A DNA stretch of 64,000 bases, taken from NCBI GenBank assembly GCA_964016885.1, contig OZ024749.1, forward strand, positions 36,146,001-36,210,000, read 5' to 3'. Of the stretch, positions 26,396-39,810 are shown one piece after another. The position numbers were made by a program, and so were the translations under genes. The notes below the pieces were generated by a model. The model saw only the letters and a list, made by a program, of their open reading frames with translations, was not told where the DNA came from and searched no databases. The stretch comes from Eledone cirrhosa. Lineage: Eukaryota. Positions within the stretch are counted from its first letter, which is position 1. Every line of letters starts with the position of its first letter.

Positions 26396-26582
26396 GTGGT
26401 GGATTAGCAGTATTGGTAGAGGGTCGGACGCCATGCTTTGCAGCATAGAGTTACAGCCCTTTACGGCCCGAGTTCAAATCACGCCGAGGCTAACTTTGCC
26501 CTTCATCCTTACGGGGTTGATAAAATAAAGTACCAGTAATACACTGGGATAATTGCTAGCCTTGTGCCAAAAGTAGAAACAA
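26396..26582 (+). mobile_element. SINE family A copy (variant)
   Basis: Family A sequence with a variant 5' region. Confidence 0.85.
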
Positions 26583-26827
26583 TCATAGTATAAGTAGCTG
26601 AACATTCCGTAGACACGTAATTCTCAGGGAGATCCATTATGACTCGATGTGGGACAAAGCTGGTCCTTTGAATTACAGGTACAGTCCATCCGACAGGGTT
26701 CAATATTTTTTCCGTTCACCCAGTTTCATTCACAAGGCATGGGTCGAGCCTGAAATGGGGCAAGTGATACCCAAGATGTCACACAGTGGGTTTGAACCCA
26801 GGACATTTGAATTTGTGTATGTGTGAT

Positions 26828-27218
26828 ATCATCATCATCATCATCATTTTACGTTCGCTTTCCTCTGCTTGCAAGGGTGAGACAGGAACTGATTCTGGCT
26901 TGATTTCTACAGCTGGATGCCCTTCCTAACACCAACCTCATTTATAGTGAGTGTTGAGTGCTTTTATTCCATGGCACCTACACGTCCACTTTACAGTGTG
27001 GGCTGGGTGCTTTTTTGCCGTGGCACCTCCACGACCCCTTTGCAGTGGAATGATAGACCCCCCAGTCCCTATCATCTCATTTCTACAGCTGAGTAAACTG
27101 GAGTAATGAGAAATAAAATGTCTTGCTCAAGGAAACAACACATCACCCGGTCTGAGAATTGAACTCACAACCTTTCGATTGCAAGGCCAATGCTCTAACC
27201 ACTAAGCCATGTGCCTCC
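26828..27218 (-). mobile_element. tRNA-derived SINE family B with RTE-type 3' tail
   Basis: Minus strand: A-box TGGCTTAGTGG, B-box GAGTTCAATTC, central CCTTGAGCAAGACA.TTTATTTC, body GGAAGGGCATCCAGCTGTAGAAA, ending in (GAT)n. Head fragments also at 385-500, 32459-32523, 47740-47860 and 60773-60855. Confidence 0.8.
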
Positions 27219-27319
27219 AATATACTTGACAATGTTCTTCTACATAAACTTCTCCTCATTCAATACCTTGTCTTGTGTAGATAGGTGTGTGTATGTGTTT
27301 AAGTGTGTGTGTTTGTGTA

Positions 27320-27690
27320 TGTGTGTGTGTTTGCAGGCATGTGTATGTGAGTGTTTCTATATGTGTGTTTGCAGGCATGTGTATGTGTGTGTTTCTATAT
27401 ATGTATGTGTTTGCAGGCATGTGTATGTGTGTGTGTTTCTATATATGTGTGTGTTTGCAGGCATGTGTATGTGTGTGTTTCTATATATGTATGTGTTTGC
27501 AGGCATGTGTATGTGTGTGTTTCTATATATGTGTGTGTTTGCAGGCATGTGTATGTGTGTGTTTCTATATATGTGTGTGTTTGCAGGCATGTGTATGTGT
27601 GTGTTTCTATATATGTGTGTGTTTGCAGGCATGTGTATGTGTGTGTTTCTATATATGTGTGTGTTTGCAGGCATGTGTATGCGAGTTTGT
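27320..27690. repeat. ~42-bp minisatellite (GTGTTTGCAGGCATGTGTATGTGTGTGTTTCTATATATGTGT)
   Basis: About 9 tandem units. Confidence 0.9.
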
Positions 27691-27691
27691 G

Positions 27692-27722
<31 letters not shown>

Positions 27723-27792
27723 CTATGATGTAATTGACCCCTATTCTCCTACTTCACCTTCTCCTCACTTAATACCTTATCTTGTAGAGAGT

Positions 27793-27858
<66 letters not shown>

Positions 27859-28142
27859 CTGTTAGTATATGTGTGTGAATGGGTATTAGTAGTGCATTGT
27901 ATATGTATGCATGCACGCTGTTAGTATATACATTGTGTTAGTATATGTATGGTATGTGTATGTGGTATAATTGACCCTTACCCCCTCTCTCCCTTCTTAC
28001 CCAATGTCTTATCTTGAAGTTATCCTTTGATGTGTTATATCTCTACGCTCTCATCTCTGATTGGCTAATTAATGTGCTTCTATGTCAATACTAGCTCCTC
28101 ATTGGATAATCAATGTGCTATTTATTTATCCACCCCCCTCTC

Positions 28143-28190
<48 letters not shown>

Positions 28191-28285
28191 CCCTGATTGG
28201 CTAATTAATGCCCTCCCTTCACCTTACTCTCTTGTGAAGTGAATTAAGTCAGGGATGAGTCAGGAAAAACTGAAGAGGGAAAAAC

Positions 28286-28342
<57 letters not shown>

Positions 28343-28384
28343 GTTTAGTTTTTCTCTGTATATATATAGATATACAAGCACATG

Positions 28385-28424
<40 letters not shown>

Positions 28425-28461
28425 TGTATGTATGTATGTATGTATATATATATATATATAT

Positions 28462-28690
28462 CATCATCATCATCACCGTTTTACGTCCGTTCTTCCACGC
28501 TAGCATGGGTTAGACGGGTTGTCCTGTTGTGGGCAGTGTCTGGTCGGCTGACCATGCCTTGCTCATACAGGAACTGATTTGGCTTGATTTCTACAGCTGG
28601 ATGCCCTTCCTAACACCAACCTCATTTACAGTGAGTGCTGGGTGCTTTTTCGTGGCGCCTACACGTCCACTTTACAGTGTGGGCTGGGTG
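28462..28690 (-). mobile_element. RTE LINE 3' UTR fragment
   Basis: Reverse complement of 30610-30839. Confidence 0.85.
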
Positions 28691-28977
28691 ATATATATAT
28701 ATATGCATGCATGTATGTATGTATGTATATATATATATATATATATGCATGTATGTATGTATGTATGTATGTATATATATATATGTGTGTGTGTGTGTGT
28801 TGTGTGTATATTTATTATTGTCAGGTCAGGCTTCTGCCTGCCACTGGTACCATGTAACACAGTACAATCTACATCATGGTTGAGTAGTTGGCAAACAAAG
28901 CAGCTCCCCACCAGACCCTGGTCTGGTAAGAAGGGTCAATGGAATCTCACCAGCACATAAAACAAGAGCTGTATCAT

Positions 28978-29311
28978 TTCATCATCATCATTTCATTTTA
29001 CGTCCGCTTTTTCCCTGCTTGCAAGGGTGGGACGGGAACTGATTCTGGCTTGATTTCTACAGCTGGATGCCCTTCCTAACACCAACCTCATTTACAGTGA
29101 GTGCTGGGTGCTTTTTTGCCGTGGCACCTACACGACCACTTTGCAGTGGAATGATAGGAACCCCAGTCCCTATCATCTCATTTCTACAGCTGAGTAAACT
29201 GGAGCAATGTGAAATAAAGTGTCTTACTCAAGGAAACAACACATCACCCGGTCTGAGAATTGAACTCACAACCTTTCGATTGCAAGGCCAATGCTCTAAC
29301 CACTAAGCCAT
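28978..29311 (-). mobile_element. SINE family B copy
   Basis: Highly similar to 26828-27218 but with one internal ~46-bp unit fewer. Confidence 0.8.
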
Positions 29312-29334
29312 GTATATATATATATATATACATA

Positions 29335-29908
29335 AATAATGACAGCTGTATAAAAAAGTGCAGGGCAATAAAAATAGCCGGTAGCCACGGAGTAGGCAGA
29401 CACAGAAAAACCTGGGACGACTTGATAAATTGCGACCTCACACACTTACACCTCTCCAAGACAATGTCATTGGACCGAGATCTTTGGCGCTACACAGTAA
29501 TACAGAAGACCCGCCTTACCTAAGTACAAAGTGAAACCTACTACAGTCAGTAGGCACCTCTAACAAAAATACACCCCCTCCCACTACCCCCACCCCATCC
29601 ACACCACCCCTTTCAATGTAAAGTTATGTTGGTACCACAACATCCAGTCCGAAACAAATGAGGTCGTGTAGGTGTCACGACAAAAAAAACACACAGTCCA
29701 CGCTGTAATGTGGCCGTGTAGGTAACACAGTAAAAACCTCCCAGTTCCACACTGTAAACGTGGTTGGTATTAGGAAGGGCATCCAGCCGTAGAAAACCCG
29801 CCAGACAGTCCTATGCGAGCAAGACAACCACTCTTGCCTCAAGTGGGAAAACTCCCGTCCAAACCCATGCAAGCGTGGAATATGGACGTTAAACGATGAT
29901 GATGATGA
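29335..29908 (+). mobile_element. 5'-truncated RTE LINE (second subfamily)
   Basis: Encodes DSCIKKCRAIKIAGSHGVGRHRKTWDDLINCDL...DRDLWR; 3' end GGACGTTAAAC(GAT)n. Confidence 0.8.
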
Positions 29909-30336
29909 AATAATACAAGGGGAAGCTTAGTAAAATCAAAGCTTTGGCTGTGGCCAAGCAAAGTCGACCTACAATAAGGAATGAGTAGCAAAGCACTCAA
30001 TAAGGGTAGGTTCTTAGAGTAATAACATACGTTTAAATAGCTTGCAAATTGAAAATTGCGGTAGGCAAAACCCAACCATACAATACCCAAACGAAAAAAC
30101 TAATCAGATTATATATTTATATATGTATATATATTTGTATATATATGTAATTCAAGAGTCAATAAAACCAAGGATTAATATTATTATTTATTTATTTATT
30201 TATTTATACATCTAGGGCTAAAGTATCTCATCAATTGTGGAAAAGATATTGTTAGTTAATTTACTCCATTATAGGTTCTATACTCAAAACTGTATCTTTT
30301 CAACCTATATATATGTGTCTAGTTATATATATATAT

Positions 30337-30839
30337 ATGAAGGATGACAGCTGCATAAAAAGGTGCAGAGCACTAGAAGTCGATGGAAACTGCGGAGTGG
30401 GGAGACCCAAGATGACCTGGGATGAAGTGATAAAAGCTGACCTTACCCAATTACACCTCTCAAAGGCGATGGCACACGACCGTGACCTCTGGCGTCACGC
30501 AGTTATACAGAGTACCCGAACTCCCATGGGTACAAGCTGAAGCATATAGACAATATGCCCCCACACCCCCCACTGCAAGGTGGTCGTGGAGGTGCCACAG
30601 CAAAAAAGCACCCAGCCCACACTGTAAAGTGGATGTGTAGGTACCACGAAAAAGCACCCAGCACTCACTGTAAATGAGGTTGGTGTTAGGAAGGGCATCC
30701 AGCTGTAGAAATCAAGCCAAATCAGTTCCTGTATGAGCAAGGCATGGTCAGCCGACCAGACACTGCCCACAACAGGACAACCCGTCTAACCCATGCTAGC
30801 GTGGAAGAATGGACGTAAAACGGTGATGATGATGATGAT
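30337..30839 (+). mobile_element. 5'-truncated RTE LINE (young subfamily)
   Basis: Encodes MKDDSCIKRCRALEVDGNCGVGRPKMTWDEVIKADL...DRDLWRHAV followed by the 3' UTR and (GAT)n tail. Confidence 0.85.
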
Positions 30840-31057
30840 ATATATGTGTGTGTATGTGTATATATGTGTCTATGTATATATGTATATACATATATATATA
30901 TATGGACGTTGAATATATATATATATATATATGTATGTGTATATATGTATCTATGTATATATATATATATACATATATATATATGTATGTGTATATATGT
31001 ATCTATGTGTGTATGTATATATATATATATGTATGTGTATATATGTATCTATGTGTG

Positions 31058-31097
<40 letters not shown>

Positions 31098-31583
31098 TAT
31101 TTATATGTATGTCTATTTATATGTATATATATATATATATATGTGTATATCTGTGTCTATGTATATGTGTATATCTGTGTCTATGTGTATATCTGTGTCT
31201 ATGTATACGTGTATATATGGGTCTATGTATGTATGTGTATATATGTGTCTATGTATATATTTGTATGTATGTGTATATATATGTCTATATATATGTATAT
31301 ATGTGTGTATATGTATCTATATATATATATATATATATATATGTAGGATGTTGCTTTTCACCATGTAGTTCAGTCTTCAAGCTGAGATAGTGTACGCCAT
31401 GAGTTCACTGCCAGATACAGTCCTATACAAGTGAGACACGGTCACCCGATCAATCTTGTCTGAAATGGGACAATTCCCATCTAACCCATGTTAGTGTAGA
31501 AGATAGATGTTAAACGATGATGATGATGATGTATATATGTGTGCATATATGTGTATATATGTATTTATTAATTAAATTAATGA

Positions 31584-31803
31584 CTCTGCCTTTCATCCTT
31601 ACGGGGTCGATAAAATAAAGTATCGGTAATGCACTAAAATAAACTATCAGTCATGCACTGGGGTCGCATAGTTACGTCCCTTTACGGTCTGAGTTCAAAT
31701 CCCGCCGAGGTTTACTTTGCCTTTCATCCTTACGGGGTCGATAAAATAAAGTACCAGTAATGCACTGGGTAATTGCTGGCCTTGTGCCTAAAGTAGAAAC
31801 AAT
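31584..31803 (+). mobile_element. Rearranged SINE family A insertion (internal fragment plus truncated copy)
   Basis: The CCTTTCATCCTTACGGGGTCGATAAAATAAAG core occurs twice; flanked by duplicated TTAATTAAATTAATGA. Confidence 0.75.
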
Positions 31804-32546
31804 TAATTAAATTAATGATTGTTGCATGAGCTACTGCTTATTATGAGACGAGCAGGATTTTTATTGAGGTTTACTCCTCTAGATTTGATTTGTCCTATGA
31901 TAGACATATCAGAGGTACCTCATGCAGGATGTCGCTTTTTGCCATGTAGGTTAGTCTTTGAACTGAGAGAGAGGCTAGGTGCTCAGCTTGAATGAGCATA
32001 TATTGTGTGTCATCAGTTCATTGAGTAGCATGTTAAACAGACACTGGGGCACATGGGACCATCACAAAAGACAATCCGGTGTCAACCAGTAAAATCTACT
32101 ACAGCTCTGCACACTCTTAAATTCACATGTACGTATTTACACCCCCACACAATATATACATATGTACACACCATTAGATAGCCATTGACTCACATGGGTT
32201 TCTCCACCATTTGTCAAGTTTTGCAGGGTATCCAAAATCACCCTCATTACCAAGCAAACTTAGTGGGGTTGCTGGTTTAGTGGGGTTGCTGGTTTAGTTG
32301 CCGATGACCCAACCATTTGACAGGTTGTACTGTAGCATTCAGGAATGACCTGACATCATCATCATCATCATCATCATTTACACATACAGAGTAACAATGT
32401 TTCCATTGGTATTTCCATTGCTGGTATTATCTACTGGTCACAACTCCTTGTAGAAAGAGCAATGTGAAATAAAGTCTTGGATTCAAAGTCACAGCCTTAC
32501 TCTCTAACCACTAAGCCACATGTTTTTACTATTATATAGAAACTAC

Positions 32547-32631
32547 ATTTTCATCCTTACGGGGTCGATAAAATAAAGTACCAGTAATGTACTGGGTAAT
32601 TGCTGGCCTTGTGCCAAAAGTAGAAACAATT
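32547..32631 (+). mobile_element. SINE family A, 3' half only
   Basis: Matches from TTTCATCCTTACGGGG to GTAGAAACAATT. Confidence 0.8.
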
Positions 32632-34444
32632 ATATGACAGCTGCTGAGCAATGACATCTATCTTCTCCATTTGGTGGCTGTTTACGGTCCTGCTTGGTTT
32701 GCGTGTTTGCTAGGTGCTTAGTGGACTGATTGGAGCGATATTGGTCTTGTTTGTGTGTGTGTGGAGGGGGGGGGGGGCACATACACACACACATGCTTGC
32801 ACATATATGAGAGGAAATAGGATTATCTGTTTTATGTAGACTAATTCATGCAAATCAAAAAATAAAAGAGGCAGTTTACCAGTTAATTGTGCTCAACATG
32901 GTCGGTGGAGTTGTGTAACTTGAGTATCTTGATGACACGAGATGCATAACAACATTGAAACACATCTATTTATGTGTAGGTTTTAGTGTAGTTTATTGTG
33001 TGTATATGTATGTTTATATATGTGAGTATGTGTATATCCTTTTGTGCCTTGACTTTTTTTGTATTGTTTGTTTGTGAGTGTGCATGTTTGTGTATGTCTG
33101 TGTCTGAATTCTTTTGTTTTTTGTGTGCATGTGTGTATATATGTATATATAGGTATATATATTTGTGTGTGTATGTGTGTGTGTATATATATATATATAT
33201 ATACAAATATAAATTAGCGAGAATCGTATTTCAGCTCAAGAATTAACGAAAATCAACGTCCGATATGTGTGGCAAGCGCTCGATGATTCATGTGAATCAG
33301 AGCTACAACATATGTTAAGGGCCAAACACACTGAGATGATGGTTAAACAGATCATCCGCACAGCCAAAACAAACGACCAAGTAATTCGGGTCAAACAATA
33401 AAAATATATATATATATTATGAATCGTACTATTCAAACTTTATAACACTAGCTTTGAAACATATGATAACATTATAATGTTCAATACAAAAAAAGGAAAC
33501 GAGTCAATCATCCGATTGGACCTAGGAAACGATGTTCCCATGGTCTATTTATACCTATTTATACCTATATCTTTCCACTTCATTCCCCCTTCATATCCTC
33601 ACTCACTCCATTCACTCCTCTTCTCCAAACTGTCTCCAGTTATCACATGAAGTTTGTCTTTATCTCATCCTCTCTTTAACAATTGTCATCATATCAGCAA
33701 TACATATGATTTGTCTATCACTTAGCCTTTATCTCGCTCTCTCTCTCTCTCTCTCACAGACACACACATAGACACACACGTATATATTTGGTCAGACATA
33801 CATATACACAAAGCGAGAGAGAAACATAGAAAGAGAGAGAGAGATAGACAGATTTAAGATAGAGACACAGATATTCAGAGAGAGACAGACAGGCGGAAGT
33901 ACAAAGAGAGACATAGATAGATATTCAAAGAGAGAGAGACTGACTGAAGTACAAAGAGAGACATAGATAGATATTCAGAGAGAGAGAGAGAGACAGATGG
34001 AAGTACAAAGAGAGACATAGATAGATATTCAAAGAGTGAGAGACAGATGGAAGTACAAAGAGAGACATAGATAGATATTCAGATAGAGAGAGACAGATGG
34101 AAGTACAAAGAGAGACATAGATAGATATTCAGAGAGAGAGAGAGAGAGAGAGACAAACAAACAGAAATAGAAGTACAAAGAGAGACAGAGAAAAAGGTAA
34201 AGAGAGAGATAATGTAAAAAACAATATTATTAAATGATTGATGATATCCATCCAATGTTCCAGAGGTCCACACATCAAATCTGTTGCAGCCATTTTTACT
34301 GTCAAAAACATTGTCTCCACATTCACTGATTTACTTTGTCATTTATTGTCACTCTCTCTCCTTTTCTTTCTCCTCCTCTTTCCCCTTCTCCTCCATCTCT
34401 TCTCTCTCCTCTCACTTTGTGTACGTGTATACACACACACATGC

Positions 34445-34488
<44 letters not shown>

Positions 34489-34947
34489 ATGATGATGATA
34501 TCTCTTCTCACCATTTTACTGCTTCATTCAGTCTCTCTTTATCTCTCAATCAGTCTCTCTTTATCTCTCAATCTGTCTCAATTCTTTCATTTGTTTCTTT
34601 TCCTTCTCCTCCTCTCCTTCCTCTTCATGTTGGTGCCATTCTCATTCAAAGATAAATAATGTCTTTGACACTAATTCAATAATGTTCGTTATTTTCCAAT
34701 TTCCTTCCTTCCATGCTTCTCTACTGTCATCACCGACACCATCATTACCATCACCACTGTCTTCAACACCGCCATTACCACCATCTCCTATGTCGCCATC
34801 ACCGCCATCACTATTATCACTATTATCACCATCGTTACCACCAGCAATGTTACTAACACCAACCTTACTACCAACACCAAAGGTGCTACCAACATTACCA
34901 CTATGAACAATATGTTGCTACTAACACAACCATTATTACCACCAATA

Positions 34948-35131
34948 GGGCGGTGGATTGGCAGTATCGGTAGAGGGTCGGACGCCATGCTTTCCAGCAT
35001 AGTTACGTCCCTTTACGATCTGAGTTCAAATCCCGCCGAGGTTGACTTTGCCTTTCATCCTTACGGGGTCGATAAAATAAAGTACCAGTAATGCACTGGG
35101 TAATTGCTGGCCTTGTGCCTAAAGTAGAAAC
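34948..35131 (+). mobile_element. SINE family A, full length with ~20-bp TSD
   Basis: AACCATTATTACCACCAATA at 34928-34947 and 35129-35148. Confidence 0.9.
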
Positions 35132-35199
35132 CATTATTACCACCAATACCATTATCACCACAACACAAATACTATCATAACCCCCAAATATCACCATCA

Positions 35200-36082
35200 A
35201 CATAATCACTGACAGTATGGGCATGTGATACATAAGGAGAGCAAAAGTTGTATTAAAAAGTACCTAGCAATTGGGGTGGATGGAATCTGTGGAAGGGAAA
35301 GACCAGGGAAGAAGTTGAGAAGAATGATCTCAAGAAACTGTACCTTTTGAAGGAGATGACTCAGGACCGAGATGACTGGTGTTATGCCATAATACCGTCG
35401 GTACAAGTGATGTAACAGTAAATGGGATAAAATACCAGAGGCTACAGAGTTTTTTAATCAAATGGTGGCAGTGTAGGGTTTGAGAGGACTCTTCAGTCTG
35501 ATCTAGAATATGACAACCTCACTAGTGTTGGTGCCATAATAAAATACACTCAGTGCAACTTGTAAAGTGGTGGTGTTGGTGCCACAATAAAATACACTCC
35601 ATACAGCTTGTAAAGTGGTGGTGTTGGTGTCACAATAAAATGTACTCAATACAGCTTGTAAAGTGGTAGTGTTGGTGTCACAATAAAATGTACTCAATAC
35701 AGCTTGTAAAGTGGCAGTGTTTGTGTCACAATAAAATGTACTCAATACAGCTTGTAAAGTGGTAGTGTTGGTGTCACAATAAAATGTACTCAATACAGCT
35801 TGTAAAGTGTTATTGTTTATGCCATGATAAACTGCAACCAGTTTACTCTGTAAAGTTGTAGTGCTGGTGTCACAAAATATTCATGCAGTACATGATGTAT
35901 GGCTTGTCGGCTGGTAACACAATGAAATGTCCCTGATAGACTGTTGATTGTAGAGAACATATGTAAGTAGTGTGGACCCCCAGCCCATTTGAGAGATCAG
36001 TGGCTCCAATTAAGTACTGACATGGTTTGTGGTGACCTCTCCAAACGTTGTTAGCTGGGAAAATGGACATTAAACGATGATA
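35200..36082 (+). mobile_element. Old RTE 3' fragment with 48-bp tandem expansion in the 3' UTR
   Basis: Degenerate ESKSCIKK..GVDGICGRERP peptide; ~7 units of CACAATAAAATGTACTCAATACAGCTTGTAAAGTGGTAGTGTTGGTGT at 35525-35880; ends GGACATTAAACGATGAT. Confidence 0.6.
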
Positions 36083-36145
36083 TATGTGTGCATGCTTGTA
36101 TAAGTATTGTGCATGCTTGTATAAGTATGCATGCTTGTATAAGTA

Positions 36146-36194
<49 letters not shown>

Positions 36195-36610
36195 GGCATG
36201 GCAATCGTTTCGCTTGAAGCCCTGAAAGTTATTAAATTCCTCGCAATTGATATTCTTCAATTAACCCAACTATAGTTACATAATGACTTTCACAAACTTT
36301 GAATTATACCATGATAAAACCTAAAGTCACTTGGATGAATAAGAATTTAATTGGGTCAACAACCACATATTAACCCTATCGTTACCATATTTCTAATGAA
36401 AGAAGATACTGTCTTTGATTTTCTAATAATTTTGAAAATAATCGAAACATTGGAGGGATTTAGTAATATAAGAAATTTTCTCATCATTAAGTTGATGTTT
36501 GGAACATAACTTAATAAAGGTTCTGACATCAAATTTTGGTGGAAGGTTGTTAGATAAATATAAGCACTTTAGACATTATCAAACACTGCTGATGGCATTT
36601 TTACATTTAA

Positions 36611-36808
36611 CCCTTTAGCATTTACATTATTCTATATTAACTATTATATTTACACAATTATCTCACATAATATTGAATCTATGAGATTTTGATATTATTT
36701 ATTTTGAGAACAATATCTTAACATCAGTATGAGTGGCTGGTTATGGCTGGTTTGGACAGAAAAAGGTGAGAATTCTGACTGGATGCAGCTGGTTTAAATG
36801 TTAAAGGG
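36611..36808. mobile_element. piggyBac-like MITE family D1
   Basis: TTAA-CCCTTTAGCATTTA...TAAATGTTAAAGGG-TTAA. Confidence 0.85.
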
Positions 36809-37772
36809 TTAAGGATTTAGGAAACATTACCCATTAAAACAACACCAATATAAATAATTTATATATAAACAGTTTTGTATTGTAGAACCAAGGTGGTTTG
36901 GTAAGAAAAGGGTTAAATTGTCATATATACCATCTATACATACACATACTCACACACACACACACATACCCCAGACGCATGTGTGGTGTCCTCACATGCG
37001 TGTGGGGGTATTACTTGTTTAAAATATTGGCTGAAACCAATTTGTAGCATGTATACAACTGCAACAATTAAGGTATGAGTTTGGTTGTTAGTCTAATGTT
37101 CACAGTTTAGCAGACAAACACTCAAGAATTTAAAATGTCGATTTAATTATAGTGATTGTGGTGTAGAAATTGTTGGTGTTGTTTAATTCCATAGATTTTG
37201 TAGAGAAACCATCAATTGCAGTGTTTATCTGTGGCTATTGTATATATATATATTATTAATCTCTTGGTAGTTAATGTCTGGTTTGGCTGGTGGTAGTAGT
37301 GTTGTTGTTGTTGATGTATGTCTGTGTGTATGTAAAAGTCAGCAATTGGAGTGAAAATAATTGTGACTATTCTAGATATAATCTTTTGGTAGTTAAAGTC
37401 TGGTCTAGTCTGGTCTAGTCTGGTCTAGCTGGTGGTGTTGGTGAAAGAGAGACTTTAACCACCATCCCATGCATCATGTATTTCTAGTAGGACATAAGCA
37501 ATCTCCTCTGAACACTTTAAGACCTGTAATTCTATATTGACTCCATGTAATTAAAAACTATTTAACAAACAATTTCTCTGGATGGAAATTGTGCTAGAAC
37601 ACTTGTGGTCATTGCTGTCCACTTGGTCATTACATTACAGCCACTTGATCAGTTGATTGTATGTCTAAACACCATTTTAATCTTTTTCACACCAACCCAA
37701 ACAGAACCACTTCTGGTTCCATTCAACAAAACTACCCATTTTAAAGAGTTCATATTTAAATTAAAATCTTCC

Positions 37773-37974
37773 AACTTTCAATATGTAAGGACAATGTATT
37801 TACTATTTTAGTAACTTTCAATATGTAAGGACAATGTATTTACTATTTTAGTAACTTTCAATATGTAAGGACAATGTATTTACTATTTTAGTAACTTTCA
37901 ATATGTAAGGACAATGTATTTACTATTTTAGTAACTTTCAATATGTAAGGACAATGTATTTACTATTTTAGTAA
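37773..37974. repeat. 40-bp minisatellite x5
   Basis: AACTTTCAATATGTAAGGACAATGTATTTACTATTTTAGT, perfect copies. Confidence 0.97.
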
Positions 37975-38197
37975 TGAAATAACTAATAATTTTAGTAAAT
38001 CCCTCAAAATTCTTCAATAATTAATTGAAATAGTGTATTTCATTAGAAATATATTCAGTGAAGGATTAAGATTTATAACAAATCCTTTTCAAAATGTTGC
38101 TAGTAGCCTCCCTACAATTCTTCTTGTCTTATGTTATTAAACTGTTCCTGTAACTTATTTTGAAAATAATCAAGAATCTGGAGTGATTTAATAAAGT

Positions 38198-38660
38198 CAT
38201 CATCATCATCACCGTTTTACGTCCGTTCTTCCACGCTAGCATGGGTTAGACGGGTTGTCCTGTTGTGTGCAGTGTCTGGTCGGCTGACCATGCCTTGCTC
38301 ATACAGGAACTGATCTGGCTTGATTTCTACAGCTGGATGCCCTTCCTAACACCAACCTCATTTACAGTGAGTGCTGGGTGCTTTTTCGTGGCGCCTACAC
38401 GTCCACTTTACAGTGTGGGCTGGGTGCTTTTTTGCCGTGGTACCTCCACGACCACCTTGCGGTGGGGGGTGTGGGGGCATATTGTTTATATGCTTCAGCA
38501 TGTACCCATGGGAGGTCGGGTACTCTGTATTACTGCGTGATGCCAGAAGTCACGGTCGTGTGTCATTGTCTTTGAGAGGTGTAATTGGGTAAGGTCGGCT
38601 TTTATCACCTCATCCCAGGTCATCTTGGGTCTCCCCACTCCGCGGTTTCCATCAACTTCT
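38198..38660 (-). mobile_element. 5'-truncated RTE LINE, inverted near-copy of 30375-30839
   Basis: Same peptide (EVDGNRGVGRPKMTWDEVIKADL) and 3' UTR on the minus strand. Confidence 0.85.
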
Positions 38661-38691
38661 AAAGTAACTTTCTCATTATTAAATTGGTGTT

Positions 38692-38869
38692 GAATTGGCA
38701 GTATCGGTAGAGGGTCGGACGCCATGCTTTGACGCATAGTTACGGCCCTTGCCATTCTGAGTTCAAATCCCGCTGAGGTTAACTTTGCCTTTCATCCTTA
38801 CGGGGTTGATAAAATAAAGTACCAGTAATGCACTGGGTAATTGCTGGCCTTGTGCCAAAAGTAGAAACA
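38692..38869 (+). mobile_element. SINE family A with 17-bp TSD
   Basis: ATTATTAAATTGGTGTT at 38675-38691 and 38870-38886. Confidence 0.9.
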
Positions 38870-39073
38870 ATTATTAAATTGGTGTTTGGTTTATAGTTAA
38901 CAGTGGTTCGTACATAGAATTAAAATGATAAATAAACCTTTTATCATATATTTAATGAAAGTCACTGTTTATGGTTCTCAAATAATTTTGAAAATAATCA
39001 AGAATTTGAAAAAAATTAATAATATAAGTAACTTTCTCATTATTGAGTTGATGTTTGTGGTTTTAGGCAGATA

Positions 39074-39810
39074 CTGTATACACTCGAATATAAGCTGAGG
39101 AATATGTGACCAACATATCAATGGTAAAATTAGAAGTCGACTTATATTCAGTGTCAAATTCTACATAAATAAAGTGCTAAAATATCTTGAGTGGTTATTT
39201 CACAATGAAACACTGCTTTTCTACATTTACTACATCATTGTTGGTGTTATTTATGTATTCCCTTGAAAATATTTCCAAAAAATGTTTGTATATATAAATA
39301 TCACATACTCATATATATATATATAATATATATACACACACACACACGTTTTCGCTGACAATATTCTTTCTTTCAATCTTACTACTGATTTTATTTTATT
39401 GTTCTCACTCACTCACTCTCCCTTCTCACTCTTGCTCTCTCTTTTTCTGGCTTTGTTTCTCCTCTCTTTCACTTGCTGTCTTGTACTTACTTCTACTATG
39501 AATCCCTATACAAAGTTCTCTTATTCAATCTTTTCCTTTCAAAGTACTCTTAGCATATGAGTGACCGGAAGTAAACAAACATTCGAGAAACTTGTTGAAA
39601 CTTAACATAATAGAAAATTATACACTCTAAATGACACTTACAACATTTTAAGCATCAAAGTATTAAAACTTCATAAATATATTTTATACTCATGAGAATT
39701 TCAAAACCACTCCATCTAAACCGTGTTGATTAACTGCCTTGGCTTATAAACTGGGTTTGAATTTTTGCCCATTTCTCAGGCATGCAAAAAATATATTCAA
39801 GTATATATGG
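39074..39810. mobile_element. Tc1/pogo-like MITE
   Basis: Imperfect TIRs CTGTATACACTCGAATATA/TATATTCAAGTATATATGG flanked by TA. Confidence 0.65.

Noticed and set aside
36205-36270. Minus-strand TTGAAGA...GAAAC motif (similar weak cases at ~6225-6260 and ~32925-32970)
   Set aside because: No convincing stems I and III.
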